From assembly GCF_006345805.1 (NCBI RefSeq), contig NC_043003.1, positions 95,976,001 through 96,040,000 on the forward strand: a stretch of 64,000 nt of DNA. Reading direction: 5' to 3'. The position numbers were made by a program, and so were the translations under genes. The notes beneath the pieces are model-generated. The model was not told the origin of the DNA, ran no database searches, and worked only from the letters and a program-made list of their open reading frames with translations. This stretch comes from Octopus sinensis. Its lineage: Eukaryota. Below are positions 1 through 12,472 of the stretch, piece by piece; position 1 is the first letter of the stretch; each line of letters starts with the position of its first letter.

Positions 1-705
1 ATTTCTTCATAATCGTAATCTATGCTGTTTGAAAGGGATTTGTATAAATTTTCATTAAAAGATACCAATCTTCCTAAAAGTTATGAGGAAAAAAGTCAGA
101 TTGTGGGAATTTTCCGAAACTCTCTCTCCACCCACTCGGAAAAATTCTTTCCTATAAATCCCTATATACCTGAAGCCACAACATCTAAGCAGTATTTGTA
201 GTAAATTTTGTTAAAAAGTATCCATTTTTCTGGATGTTATGAGGCAACAATGTCGGGGACGTATACATCTGTAGTAATACCATTTTATTTTATACAATTT
301 TTTTCATTTCATGTTTATTTCAATCATTGTTTGCAATGTTCTGTCTAGATCACTATGTTGCTTTGAGGGAAGGTAAAACATGACAAGTTGCTTCTCCCTC
401 TGTTGTTGGACTACCATGATGTTTGTTTAAAAAAGAGAGATTATGACTGATAAAATAATGAAAGCAATATTTACTAAGCAAGTGAGCACTATTATACAAA
501 GAAATAATTAGGTGTAGAATATAAAAATTATTAGAATTGGGAATCAAATGTGAAAATATTATCAAGGGGCTAGCAGAAAACCACCCGGAGGGTGATCTTT
601 CTGCTAGTATGTATAATTGAGCATATGCGTATGTATGTGAGTGTGCATACATATCCGTATTTGTGTGTATGTGTGTAAATGCGTATGCATATGTATATGT
701 ATGTA

Positions 706-1405
706 TCATCATCGTCATCATCATCATTGTTTAACATCCGTTTTCCATGCTGGCATGGGTTGGATGGTTTGACTGAGGTCTGGAAAGCCAGCAACTGCAC
801 CGGGCTCCAATCTGATCTCGCAATGTTTCTACAGCTGGAAGCCTTTCCTAATGCCAACCACTCTGAAAATGTAGTGGGTGTTTTTTACGTGCCATCAACA
901 CAGAAGGCAGTCAGGTGGGCCTGGCATTGGTCCCTTTTCGATAGTGCCTTCTACATGCCAGTAGCATGGGAGCCAGTCAGGAGGCACTGGCCACAGCTAT
1001 GATAATGGTTTTACTTGACTCAGCAGGTTTTTTCAAGCATATCATATCGCACGACGTATCAGGGGTACACTTAACTGGGCTGGACATGTGTGGTTGCGAT
1101 CTGACTTTAGTTGCCAGGTCTTCTCAATCACTGCATATCTCCAACGGTTTTGGTCTCCTGTCATTGGCTCTGTGAGGCCCAATGTTCGAAGGGCATGCTT
1201 CACCACCTCATCCCATGTCTTCCTGGGTCTACCTCATCCACAAGTTCCTTCCGCAGTTAGGGAGTGGCACCTCCTCATGCAGCTGTCCTCATCCATACGT
1301 AACACATGACCATACCAACGCAGTCATCTCTCTTGCACACCATATTTGATGCTCCTGATGCCCAACTTTTCTCTAGGGCGCTTACACTCTGTCGTGTATG
1401 CATAT
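706..1405 (-). mobile_element. 5'-truncated RTE-clade LINE (ORF C-terminus + 3' UTR + (GAT)n tail)
   Basis: Minus strand ~1100-1400 translates with stops to KLGIRSIKYGVQER*LRWYGHVLRMDEDSCMRRCHSLTAEGTCG*GRPRKTWDEVVKH, the RTE post-RT motifs. It runs into the same 3' UTR and (CAT)n tail seen in the 20858-22100 copy. Confidence 0.85.
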
Positions 1406-1698
1406 GGACATTACACACCCAGCAGATCATTATATATATATACATATATAAAATTAGTAATGCAATATGAAAGTATTGCTTTCCAGTAAAGAATAGCCCG
1501 CGAGAGAAAATTATACATAGAAGTAAATATATGGCACAACGAAGTACCGATATTTACTGGAAATAGCGAACGTAATAATACGACGCTAATGTATAGCTTC
1601 ACCGCGTATGTACTAGCAAAAATGCGTGAATGCAGCAAACTTGAAAAAAATTGTCTTACCTCCAGGAAGAACATCTGAAAGATGAAATACCTAGAAAA

Positions 1699-1788
1699 GG
1701 ATAATGTGGGACCGGAGCCGGTTTCAGATTTTTCAAGATATGCCTGCACACATATACTTGATCTATCTTCATCAGCCAAACATATACC
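1699..1788 (-). ncRNA. Type I hammerhead ribozyme (mirror copy)
   Basis: Reverse complement of the 2004-2093 motif. CUGAUGA at 1775-1769; predicted cleavage between 1710 and 1709. Confidence 0.8.
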
Positions 1789-2003
1789 ACGAAAACATTT
1801 CAGATGTTACCACATTAATGCCAATACACACGACTGAAACGCCGAAACGCTAACAGAACGAGCTGTTCTTTACTGGAAAGCAATACTTTCGTATTGCATT
1901 ACTAATTTTATTGAAGCTTCTTCACCGTTCTCGTTTTGTTAGCGTTTTGGCGTTTCAGTCGAGTGTATTAGCATTAATGTGGTAACATCTGAAATGTTGT
2001 CAT

Positions 2004-2093
2004 GGTATATGTTTGGCTGATGAAGATAGATCAAGTATATGTGTGCAGGCATATCTTGAAAAATCTGAAACCGGCTCCGGTCCCACATTATCC
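2004..2093 (+). ncRNA. Type I hammerhead ribozyme with extended helix II
   Basis: CTGATGA 2017-2023; helix II AGAT/ATCT + TCAAG/CTTGA + ATATG/CATAT; GAAA 2067-2070; helix III ACCG(GCTC)CGGT; GTC 2080-2082; helix I ATG-TT-TGG / CCA-CAT. Confidence 0.8.
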
Positions 2094-2388
2094 TTTTCTA
2101 GGTATTTCATCTTTCAGATGTTCTCCCTGGAGGTAAGACAATTTTTTTCAAGTTTGTTGCACTCACGCATTTTTGCTAGTACATACGCGGTGAAGCTATA
2201 CATTAGCGTCGTATTATTACGTTCGCTATTTCCAGTAAATATCGGTACTTCGTTGTGCCATATATTTACTTCTATATATACATATATATATGTATATATG
2301 TTTATATATATATATATGCATGAAAATATATATATTTATATGTATGGATGTAAATGTGTGCATGTGTGTGTGTATGTAAGTAAATATA

Positions 2389-3980
2389 CAGTTGCGGCCA
2401 AAATATTCAGAACGGTATTGTTTTCGTCAGAAAAGTAGGTATAAGTTTTTATCAAAGTTAAATACGATATTATTTGTTATTGTCTGAAATTTTGGTGTAA
2501 TTTGAGTGGATAATACAAAAGTTATGGATGATTTAGGGATTTACTGCAAAACCCATGGCGGCCAAAATGATCAGAACGGTTGCTTTTACTCCGTGTTTTA
2601 GTATATTTAACCGGTGAACTCTAATGTTTTGAATTTGTTTACCTGACGGTTAGTTTACTAAACATTAGTAAGAATATCTGCAGTGTACTTTGTTAATATA
2701 ATGCCACTTACTCCGTTACCAATTCTTCAGCAGATTATTAAGCTTCGAAAGAAGGATAATTTAAGTATTGGGTCTATTGCAAAGATTGTTAACAAGTGAA
2801 AAAGTGTTGTTCACGGTATTCTTAAGGTCTACGATAATTGTGGTTCGTGTGAAGCAAGAAAGTCTACAGGTAGGCCAAGAAAAATGACCAAGAGAGAAGA
2901 TCGTGCTATGGTAAAGTTGGTTAAAAAGGACAGATTTAAAACTGCTGCTGCTGTTTCTTGGGAAATGAGCATTGTACTGAAGAAAACTTTATCTCGAAAA
3001 ACTGTGTCTCGTCGTTTAGTTGAACATGACCTACAAGCAAGAGCACCTGCAGTGAAGCCACTGATCAGCTCCAAGAATAAAAAGTGTTGTCTTACCTTTG
3101 CATCCGAACATGTGTTGTGGTCTCAAGAAAAATAGCAAACGGTGCATTTCCGTGATGAATCTAAGTTTATGTTATTTGGCTCAGATGGGAAAAGGTACAT
3201 TCGTAGAAAAGTAGTGAAAATTTGTCGCCTAAATGCCTTAGGACTAGTGTTAAATTCGGTGGAGGAAGTGTCATGATTTGGGGGATGATATCTGGAGATG
3301 GTGTGGGCCCTTTGGTGCGATTACATGGAAAGGTAAATGCAGAAGTTTATAAACAACTTGTAAAAGATCATGTCTTGCCTGTGCTGAGAAATTCAACTAA
3401 GCGACCACCCATATTCATGCAGGACAATGCCCCATGTCACAAGGCTAAAGTGGTCATGAACTTCCTTAAGGTTGAAAAGGTTATTGTTATGGATTGGCCT
3501 GCTCAAAGCACAGATCTCAATCCTATTGAAAATGTGTGGAATATTCTTGGAGAATGTTCGAAAGCCAGAAATCCTAAAACAACCGAGCAATTATGGAATG
3601 CCCTTCGGGAAGAATGGAATAAGATCACCCAGCAAGAAATTGAAAATTTAATTTCCTCATGCAGTCGAAGAAGTCAAAGTGTGATTGAAGCTAAAGGGCT
3701 TCACATTAAATATTAAATAATTCCAGTATTCTCTGTCATTTTTGATTATTTTGTTATTTTTTCAACCGTTCTCATAATTTTGGCCGCCATGGGTTTTGCA
3801 GTAAATCACTAAATCATCCATAACTTTTGTATTATTATCTCAAATTACACCAAAATCTCAGAGAATAACAATTAATATTGTATTTATTGTGTGTGAAAAT
3901 TATAGAATATAAAACAACTTTGATAAATACCTACTTTTCTGATGAAAACAATGCCGTTCTGAACATTTTGGCCGCAACTG
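2389..3980 (+). mobile_element. Full-length (1592 bp) Tc1-family DNA transposon, IR/DR type, inactive
   Basis: TA on both sides (2387-88, 3981-82). Ends CAGTTGCGGCCAAAAT / ATTTTGGCCGCAACTG. TIRs of ~190-215 bp each hold an outer and an inner GCGGCCAAAAT..AGAACGG direct repeat (inner at ~2558-2580 and ~3765-3787). Confidence 0.95.
2701..3716 (+). pseudogene. Tc1 DD34E transposase pseudogene
   Basis: ATG 2701, GRPRK motif, F(R)DESKF, FMQDNAPCH, DLNPIENVW with 34 residues between the second D and E. In-frame stops at 2797 and 3133 and a frameshift near 3215. Confidence 0.93.
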
Positions 3981-5010
3981 TATATATGTATAAGGATAGG
4001 TATGAACATACGAGCATCTGTGTATGCATATCTGTGTGAGTGTAGGTATGTTTATATATATGTATGTGAGTGAGCGTACATATCCGTATGTGTAAGCACT
4101 TGTGTGTATACATGTATGTATATGTAGATGCATATATATATATGTATATATGTATGTTTATATGCATGTGTTTGTGAATGTATATGTGTGTGTGAGTGTG
4201 TGTGCACGTGCGTATGTGTGCATGTGTATGTCCGAGAGTTGAATCTTAAAGGCCAGCTAAGGACAATCATACGTAACCAACCATGAAGAACAAATCAGCC
4301 GTACAAAGAAATAAAATGCCAATTTCTTTAAAATGGCAACCACTTTAACTACCAGAATTACCATCCGACTACATCTACATATTCAAGCAGTTTGCCAATG
4401 GCCCTTCAGCAACAACACAGCCTGAGAAGCTCAGAGACTACTACTAAATTCAGCCCATGACAGACAGATTGGATATTCTTGAAGCTGAGGATTATAAACT
4501 TACGGAGACAATATTAACATATCGCCTGAGGAAACAAAACTAGATCTCATAATGCAGGGAAACAGTTGTATAATCAAGTACCTGCACACTTGGAGAACTA
4601 TGCTGCGTGAAAACAATTGTAGTGATTAAAAAACTGTTGGGTCCAATTTTTTCAATTATCGATTCACACATGACAGATGCCCAAATGGAAGTATGTATAA
4701 AACTACTACTGGATAGCACAGGATAAATCTGAAGGTGGTCAAGAATAATACTGTGCTCTATTACATTCTTAACAGAATATATTATAACTATATATATATA
4801 TATATAGGTGAGAAAGTTGGTATGTGAAAGCACGTGGTTGAATATATAGAAAATAGTAAAAAGTGAAAAAACTACAGAAGGCTTGTTTTAGAAGGTTAAA
4901 AAATATATATTTGAGTCAATATGTCTGAAGGATGTTATAAATTTTTTCCTACAATGACATAGTTTTTGAAGAAATGACCAGTTTCGCGTTCAGCTTTTCA
5001 AATTTCTTAC

Positions 5011-5064
5011 ATCGTTATGTTTATGTTGAGAAGAGTTATCGTTATGTTTATGTTGAGAAGAGTT
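5011..5064. repeat. 27-bp tandem duplication in the PLE 3' UTR
   Basis: ATCGTTATGTTTATGTTGAGAAGAGTT twice. Confidence 0.9.
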
Positions 5065-5117
5065 CCAGATAAGGGGAGGTAATAAGTGATTTCTTCCGGT
5101 GTAAGGGAGATAATCGC

Positions 5118-6060
5118 TTAAAATTTCTTGCCTTTCTTTTGGAGTGAATTTCTCTGTGTAAGTATGTTGGAATGGTTAAGTTTGGGCTTGTATTTTTCAA
5201 TAAAGAATGTTTCCTTGTTTAGTCTAATTTGTGTTGGTGTTCCGATTGCACATTGGTAAAATGGAAAGATTAAAAATTGTGGTAGTAGTTGCTTTGCGCA
5301 TTTCTCAATGTGCCCACTAAAGGGTATCATTCTATATTCTGGGAATGCAATCTGTTGTTGATGCAGTGTGCATCTACGTCTGAGTGATAGTCCCGTGGAC
5401 CCCACGTAGTCTTGGTGGCAGCCCGAGCATTTTATGACATAAATTATGTTTTCAGAGGCACAAGTAAAATTAGATTTGATCTTGAATTTCTGTCCCTCTT
5501 TGAAGAGGAATTTTGATCCTTCTAGCAGGTTTGGACATGTTGCACAGTTCGGTCTACCACATTTTTTTTACTTTTGCATCCGTAATTTCAGAAAACAATT
5601 TTGCCTTTGTGAGAATCTTTTTAAGTGATTTAGGTTGTTTGTAGCTTTTAATGATTTGGTGTATGTTTAGAATTTCCTTTAATTTGGGGTCCTTATGAAG
5701 TATTGGTAAATTCTGGGTGATGATGGTGAAGGCTTCTTTGTTTCTGGGGTTGTATGTGGATATGTAAGGTAGTATTTTCGGGGAAGGTGTGTTGTTGTGT
5801 TGAACTTTTCTCAAAGTTTCTATGTTGATTTCTGTTGCACGTTTGATCCCATCCTCTATGAGTTGAGCTGGGTAATGTCTGTCAATTAGGGTGTTTTTGA
5901 GTTCTTGCAGTCTAAAGATCCTGGTATTTTGTTCTGACACTATTGTGCATATCCTTCTTGCAAGGTTGAAGGGGATGTTTGTTTTAGTGTGTCTTGAGTG
6001 GCATGAATCAAAAAGAAGGTATTGTTTGGCGTCTGTGGCTTTGTAAAAAAATGTCTTTCT
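5118..6060 (-). pseudogene. Penelope-like RT C-terminus + GIY-YIG endonuclease
   Basis: YKATDAKQYLLFDSCHSRHTKTNIPFNLARRIC, then CGRPNCATC, IIYVIKCSGCHQDYVGST..LRRRC..H, and RLNKETFFIEKYKPKLN. One extra A in the run at ~5562-5569 breaks the frame. Confidence 0.9.
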
Positions 6061-6306
6061 ATTTTAAACCGGTCATTTCTTCAAAAACTATGTCATTGTA
6101 GGAAAAAAATTTATAACATCCTTCAGACATATTGACTCAAATATATATTTTTTAACCTTCTAAAACAAGCCTTCTGTAGTTTTTTCACTTTTTACTATTT
6201 TCTCTCTCTCTCTATATATATATATAATAACAATTTAACAAATAAAACATATGCATACATTCATACATATATGCACATAGCTACATCTATATGTATATAT
6301 ACATGC

Positions 6307-6338
<32 letters not shown>

Positions 6339-6521
6339 TATATATATGAGTACAGGACACCACAAATAAACGTAGAACACGAGAAACGAAAACATAAAAA
6401 CAAACAAGGAAACGGACTATTTTAACAACCAAAAAACAGAGTACATGACAAACAATACAAGGAATATTCCCCTTCATCAGCTGTAAGTTTATATCTATAT
6501 ATATATATAATGATGATGATA

Positions 6522-6582
<61 letters not shown>

Positions 6583-7299
6583 ATGGGCGTCTTTCAGTTT
6601 CTGTCTACAAAATCCACTCACAAGGCTTTGACTGCTTGAGACCTGAGGCAAGCTTCTTACCACACAGCCACAACTGCACCTGTACACACACACACACACA
6701 CATTTGTAGGTGATGATAATAATATTGATGATGGTGGTGGTGGTGGTGGTGATGGTGATGATGATGAGGTTGATAATGACACAGTTTTAAATGTCTGCTA
6801 TTACTTTGCAGCAGAATTGTTGATATTTACATGAAAAAATTAACTAACAAAACACAAAAAAATATCGTAGACAGTGATTACTGAGATGATGATAATGATG
6901 ACGATGATGATGATGATGATGATTACGATAACAATGATGATGGTGATGATGTTGAGGATGAGAAGGATTGGAGGATGGAGGTACTGCCACTGCTGTTTAA
7001 TCCATGTCTTTTGTGATTAATTTTTATAAATGTTGACAGAGCATATAAAAACAAAATAATTATAAAAAATAGAAAATACAAAAACAGATAAAAAGAAGAA
7101 AATAAGAGATCAGCTTCAGTCATTAGATATTTTATTTTGCTACTGTTCTGGGTCAGGTTATTTTTTATATTATTTATTTATTTATATATTTGTTTGTTAA
7201 GTTATTTATTTATGTGTTCATTTATTTGTTTATTTATTATTTTTGCCTTTATTTGTTTCTTTTAATAGTTTGTGAGGTGGTGCTAATACTAGTATAAAA

Positions 7300-7572
7300 A
7301 TGACCAAATTTTACCTCCCCTGCTGCCACCACCACCACCACCATCACCACCACTTCCCCCACCACTGCTGCCACCACCAACACCACCACCGCCACCACTG
7401 CTGCCACCACCACAACCACCACCACCACCACCACCACCAATTCCCATGCCACTGCTGCCGCCGCTGCCACCATCAACCACCACTACCACCACCACTGCTG
7501 CCACCACCACAACCACCACCACCACCACCACCACCACCAACACTACTACTACTACTACTACTGCTGCTGCTG

Positions 7573-7616
<44 letters not shown>

Positions 7617-7680
7617 GCTACTACTACTACTGCTACTACTACAATCTGCCCTGAGCTTAAACAATAACAATAATAATTAC
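7300..7680. repeat. Compound trinucleotide microsatellite (CAC/CAA/CTA/CTG/AAT)
   Basis: Direct reading. It explains the poly-H/P/L/T/S/V ORFs here. Confidence 0.95.
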
Positions 7681-8374
7681 TACATTTCCTGCAGGTGCTT
7701 TTGTTGCTCTTGTTATTGTTGTTGTTTTCTGGTTTTTTTTTTATTTCTCTTTTACATTAAGAAGTGATTATTCCACCTTAATTTGAATTTTGCATGTGCC
7801 AATCAATTTGTATCTTAAAATGCTTCTACTATTATTATTTTTAAATTTTTATTTTTGGTTTTTGATTTTCAAATTAATTTTCAAACTAGAAAAATTTCAG
7901 ATCAAAATTATATTTTTGTATTATAATATTGTTTAAATTGGCAAAATATTAGAAAGCACACATAAAAAAGAGAATTTATGCATGAAACATCAACAGAACC
8001 CACCAACAAGTGTGCTTCTATACAGCTGTATGGCTTGCAAGAAATAACAACTAAATCTCTTACAAATCATATCCTAACTCCTTCAAGAAAAAAAAAAGAA
8101 GATGAGCTTTGTATAGCATACTGTGTAGTATGAAGCAATCACTGAGTTTGAATGATTGCTTGATAGTACACACCATGCTATATAAACTCATCCATCAGTT
8201 GTATTATTACAGGCATGAAACTTATGGCAGCTCACATTTAAATCCTGTACATATTAAATGATATTTGTCAGTCATTGGATGAAGTACTTTTATTGTTAAT
8301 CCCATCAATAATGGAACAGCATACTATATACACTAGGTTGAGTCAACAGTCTGTTTCTGGATTTTAAGCTTAAA

Positions 8375-8595
8375 CCCTTTCGTTACCAACCCGGCTGAAA
8401 CCGCCTCTGGCTCTGTAGTACAAAGGTCTTGTTTTCATACATTCTGAATTAAAATCTTCCACCAAGCCTTAGTCACAATTCATGTCCCTAACACTAGCTG
8501 AATGATAACTAAGTTATTTTACTAAATTCTTTGTTATATTTAAAGTAATTGAAAGAAACACAGAGCATCTCAAAATAAATACGGTAACGAAAGGG
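8375..8595 (+). mobile_element. piggyBac-type MITE (CCCTTTCGTTACC TIR)
   Basis: CCCTTTCGTTACC...GGTAACGAAAGGG with TTAA on the right and TAAA on the left. Confidence 0.8.
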
Positions 8596-8714
8596 TTAAT
8601 TAAAAATTCAAACAAATTAAATATGAAAAGTGTTTATTCATCAAAATATATCCCATCATTATTCTATTGTCTATTGCTCTCATTGTGTCAGAAGCTCGAT
8701 TCTGTGCTTATACC

Positions 8715-8944
8715 TATTTCTTTATTACCCACAAGGGGCTAAACACAGAGAGGACAAACAAGGACAGACATAGGTATTAAGTCGATTACATCGACCCCAG
8801 TGCGTAACTGGTACTTAATTTATCGACCCCGAAAGGATGAAAGGCAAAGTCGACCTCGTCGGAATTCGAACTCAGAACGTAATGCAGACGAAATACCGCT
8901 AAGCATTTCGCCCGGCGTGCTAACGTTTCTGCCAGCTCGCTGCC
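8715..8944 (-). mobile_element. tRNA-derived SINE, family A (GAGCTGGCAGAAACGTTAGC head)
   Basis: tRNA-like head with B-box GAGTTCGAATTCC. ~15-bp TSD TTCTGTGCT(T/A)ATACC at 8700-8714 and 8945-8959. Confidence 0.85.
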
Positions 8945-9002
8945 TTCTGTGCTAATACCATTTGGCTGGTTTAGAGGCAAAGAAATTCCTGCACCCATTT
9001 TC

Positions 9003-9262
9003 AACCTCATCTACATTGTTGAACCTTCATCTATGCAGGAAATGAGCCATGGCTAAGAAAAGGTAGTAATCTAATGGTGAAAGGTCTGGACTGTAGGCAG
9101 AGTGAGACAGCACATCCAACACCTCAAGTTCCTCAAATTTGTATTTGGCCGTATTGGCAGTGTATGCTGGAACATTATACTGTAGGAGTGCACATCTTTG
9201 ACTGATCAATGCTGGGTAGTGCGCTTTCAAAGAATAATATTCTTGCTGCAATGACTAGCAGC
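9003..9262 (-). mobile_element. mariner transposase C-terminal fragment
   Basis: LLQYNVPAYTA...LSHSAYSPDLSPLDYYLF matches the HDNARPH...YSPDLAPSDY motifs. Confidence 0.8.
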
Positions 9263-9264
9263 CA

Positions 9265-9730
9265 AGAATTTTGGTAATATGTTGTGCTTGAGGTGACCCA
9301 TCAAGCCAAGTGAAATTGCAGTTGTGGCTGATACTGGTGTCATGTAACTGGCACCTGTGCCAATGGCACAGAAAAAGCACCTTTCAAGTGTTGAGCCTCA
9401 CAGAGGCAAATCAAATGTTAGACCTCACAGAGGCAATGACCGAGACCTTTGCCATTATGTTGTGCTTGAGAAGAAGACCCATCAAGCCAAGTAAAACTGC
9501 AGTCATGGCAGATACTGGTGTCAAGCAAAAGGCACCTGTGCCAGTGGCGTGTAAAAGCACCTTTTAAACATTGGGGCTCACAGAGGCAAGGACTGAGACC
9601 ATTTGGCATTATGCTGGGCTTCAAGCATTGGGCCTTACAGAGGCAATGACCAAGTCCATTGACCAAAACTGAAGTTGTGGCAGATACCAGTGTCACACAA
9701 ATGGCACTTGTGCCCGTGGCACATAAAAGC
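9265..9730 (+). mobile_element. RTE 3'-UTR fragment with internal repeats
   Basis: Repeats of TGTGCTTGAG..CCCATCAAGCCAAGT and GTGCCAGTGGC..TAAAAGCACC, shared with 21480-21900. Confidence 0.7.
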
Positions 9731-10561
9731 ACCTATTACACATGTTTTATACACATAGCATATGTGTGTGTGTGTGTATGTGTGTGTGCGTGCACGCGTG
9801 CATGTGTTTGTGTGTGTACACATGCACAATTATGCAATATATATTTTTGCAAATGTGGGCTCCTGTACATGAACAATAAATGCACAGAAAGGATATAGAT
9901 ATGAATGTGTAAAACACAAACAATCTAAATACAAAAATACAACAAATGCATAAATATATAAATATAAAACTACTTGAGTTTCTAATCACTGTATATCTAT
10001 ATAGATATATAAAATATATAAGATGTAAACAATTAATTATTTAAAAACTGGTTAAGGATTAAAAAAAAAAGCTGAATAAAAATTTGATAACTAGAATAGC
10101 TTAATAAATGAATAAATATATAAATGTTAGGTGTACGAAATTTGTATAAAAATTGTTGTACAAATACAACTATTATATAATAGGTGTTAGATAATTCTTA
10201 TGATCACAGATAATGAGGAAATCTCCTGGGATTATAGGAAAATGGGAATATGAAAATATAGAAATGTAGATATAGCAGTATAAAATTTTAAAAAATACAT
10301 GTAATTCTGTTGACTTTTATGAATATCTATGTGTGAATGCATAGGTGAGTTTATTCAGATATATGTGTGAATGTGTAAATATATAGATTAACATGTGTAA
10401 GCACAGATACTTATACATATACATGTAAACATGTATGGATACAAATGTGCATATGCTGAATGTATATGCACATCAAATATATACAATTACATGCAAGCAT
10501 ATGTGTACATGTGTGAAAAGGTATATATATTTATACTTTTACACATAAGCATATGTACATT

Positions 10562-10851
10562 AATGGCCCAGTGGTTAGGGCAGTGGACTCGCGGTCATAG
10601 AATCGCGGTTTTGATTCCCAGACTGGGCATTGTGTGTTTATTGAGCGAAAACACTTAAGGCTCCATGAAGCTCCGGCAGTGGGTGGTGGCAATCCCTGCT
10701 GTACTCTTTCGCCACAACTTTCTCTCACTCTTTCTTCTGTTGGCCTGCTCACTTAGCCAGCGGGGTGGCGTCATTTGAAGGCTAAACAATGTGAAGCGCA
10801 TTGTGACCAGCGATGTGTAGCAACATCTGATAGCCTGGTTGGTGACGGTGA
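10562..10851 (+). mobile_element. tRNA-derived SINE, family C head + tail type 1
   Basis: TGGCCCAGTGGTTAGGGCA A-box and GGTTTTGATTCCC B-box. The tail matches 47518-47620. Confidence 0.8.
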
Positions 10852-10904
10852 CATTAATGTATGCATATACATGATATAGCAACATGAACAACAATAATAA
10901 TAAT

Positions 10905-12437
10905 CATTTCAAATTTTGGTTCAAGGCCAACAATTTCAGGGGGAAGTAGTGAGTTGATTACATTGATCTTAGTACTCAAATGGTACTTATTTTATTGATC
11001 CCCAAAAGATGAAAGGCAAAGTCGCTCTTGGAAGAATTTGAACTTAGAACATAAAGATTGACCAAATGCTCCTAAGCATTTTGCCCAACATGTTAACAGT
11101 TTTTCCAGGTGGCCACCTTAACAACAACAACAATAACAAGAACACTCGGAGAGTGCAAACCTCCACCATGGCAACACCAACATCCTCTCAGCAATTAACC
11201 AGAGATGATTTTTAAAATGTGAATATCTGAAATAAACTTGACTGCTCTCACAAATGAGAATACGGAAAACGAACCTCACTGCTCTCAAAAATTAAGTAAA
11301 AGAATCAGAAAAATAATCCAGGATCCTTGTCTGGTACCTGATTGATCCCAATGGTAGTCATGGAATGTGAAGGTGGCTGTAGAAAATTTAGTAACAGTAA
11401 TAAATAGTTTATCCTTATCTAATACAAGCTAAAGTTAACAAATTTACCATTCAAAATAGTTACAGCCTATTGGGAGATAATTGAGAAAGACTTGATGGTT
11501 AATATAAGATCGTAATTATGTAAAGTGAAGTAAATATAACAAATAATCCAGGATCCTTGTCCAGTATTGGATCAATCCCAAATTCTAATCAGTTTGTGCC
11601 AGTCATGAGGCCAAACATTCCTGAAAGTTTCATTTGAATCCATCTAGTGGTTCTTGAGATATCTTTTCCCCGGACAAACAAACAAGCGAACACAAATGAA
11701 AGCAATACCTCTGCCTTCGCCAAGGCAGAGGTAATAATAATTTCAAATTTTGGCACAAGGCCAGCAATTTCGGGGAGGAATTAAGTTGATTACATTGACC
11801 TCAGTGCTCAACAGGTACTCTTTTTATCAACCCTGAAAGGATGAAAAGCAAAGTTGACCTTGGAGGAATTTCAACATGGAATGTAAAGGTGGATGAATAT
11901 TGCTAAGCATTTTGCCCAACATGTTAACAGTTCTGTCAACTCACCACCTTAACAAAAACAACAACAACAACAACAATAATAATAATAATTTTAAAACTTG
12001 GTACAAGGTTAGCCATTTTGGGGTGGGGGATAAGTTGATTACATAGCTGGTACTTATTTGATCATCAACCCCAAAAGGATGAAAAAATAATGCAAGCCGT
12101 GGCATTATTGATCTTAGTGGAATTTGAACTCAGAACCTAAAGATGAACGAAATGCCATTAAGTGTTTTTCTTGGCGTACTAATGATCCTGCCAGTTCACC
12201 ACCTTAAATGATAAACCTTTCTACTATAGGCACAAGTCCTGCAATTTGTGGACAGGTGGATAGTTGATTCCATCAACTCCATAACTGTGCATAACTGTAC
12301 TTATATCATTGACCATGAAAGGATGAACGGCAAAGTCGACCTTGGTGGAATTTGAACTCAGAACGTAGCGACAAGCGAACTACTACTAAGCATTTTGTCC
12401 AGCACACTAACACTTCTGCCAGCTCACTGCCTTCCCT

Positions 12438-12472
<35 letters not shown>

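Larger units (their letters stand above)
1448..2280. mobile_element. Non-coding inverted-repeat element (Penelope pLTR/retrozyme-like) carrying two hammerhead ribozymes
   Basis: Arms 1512-1862 and 1930-2280 are reverse complements with no indels and about 10 mismatches by eye. A second inverted pair is 1448-1497 / 1862-1911. Both ends run into (TA)n. Confidence 0.85.
4848..6203 (-). mobile_element. 5'-truncated Penelope-like element (RT thumb, linker, GIY-YIG, 3' UTR) with inverted copy of the 3' UTR at the truncation point
   Basis: Coding remnant 5118-6060. 4848-4984 is the reverse complement of 6066-6203. (TA)n flanks. Confidence 0.88.

Noticed and set aside
1411-2438. Two similar ORFs beginning MADEDRSSICVQAYLEK on opposite strands as a duplicated gene
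   Set aside because: They overlap the hammerhead core (CTGATGAAGAT reads ADED), start at a TTG and run into microsatellite. An RNA structure explains the conservation.
4273-4790. Possible degraded Penelope linker region (STCTLGELCCVKTIV resembles CPLxGxCLxxxIVY)
   Set aside because: It is a single weak motif needing several frameshifts, with no supporting GIY-YIG residues.
6350-6490. CTGATGA plus small hairpin on the minus strand (also 48058 on +) as a hammerhead
   Set aside because: Neither copy has the GAAA or helix III half of the core.
10562-10625. tRNA genes at SINE heads
   Set aside because: The A/B boxes continue into SINE bodies with tails and TSDs, and no complete cloverleaf is present.
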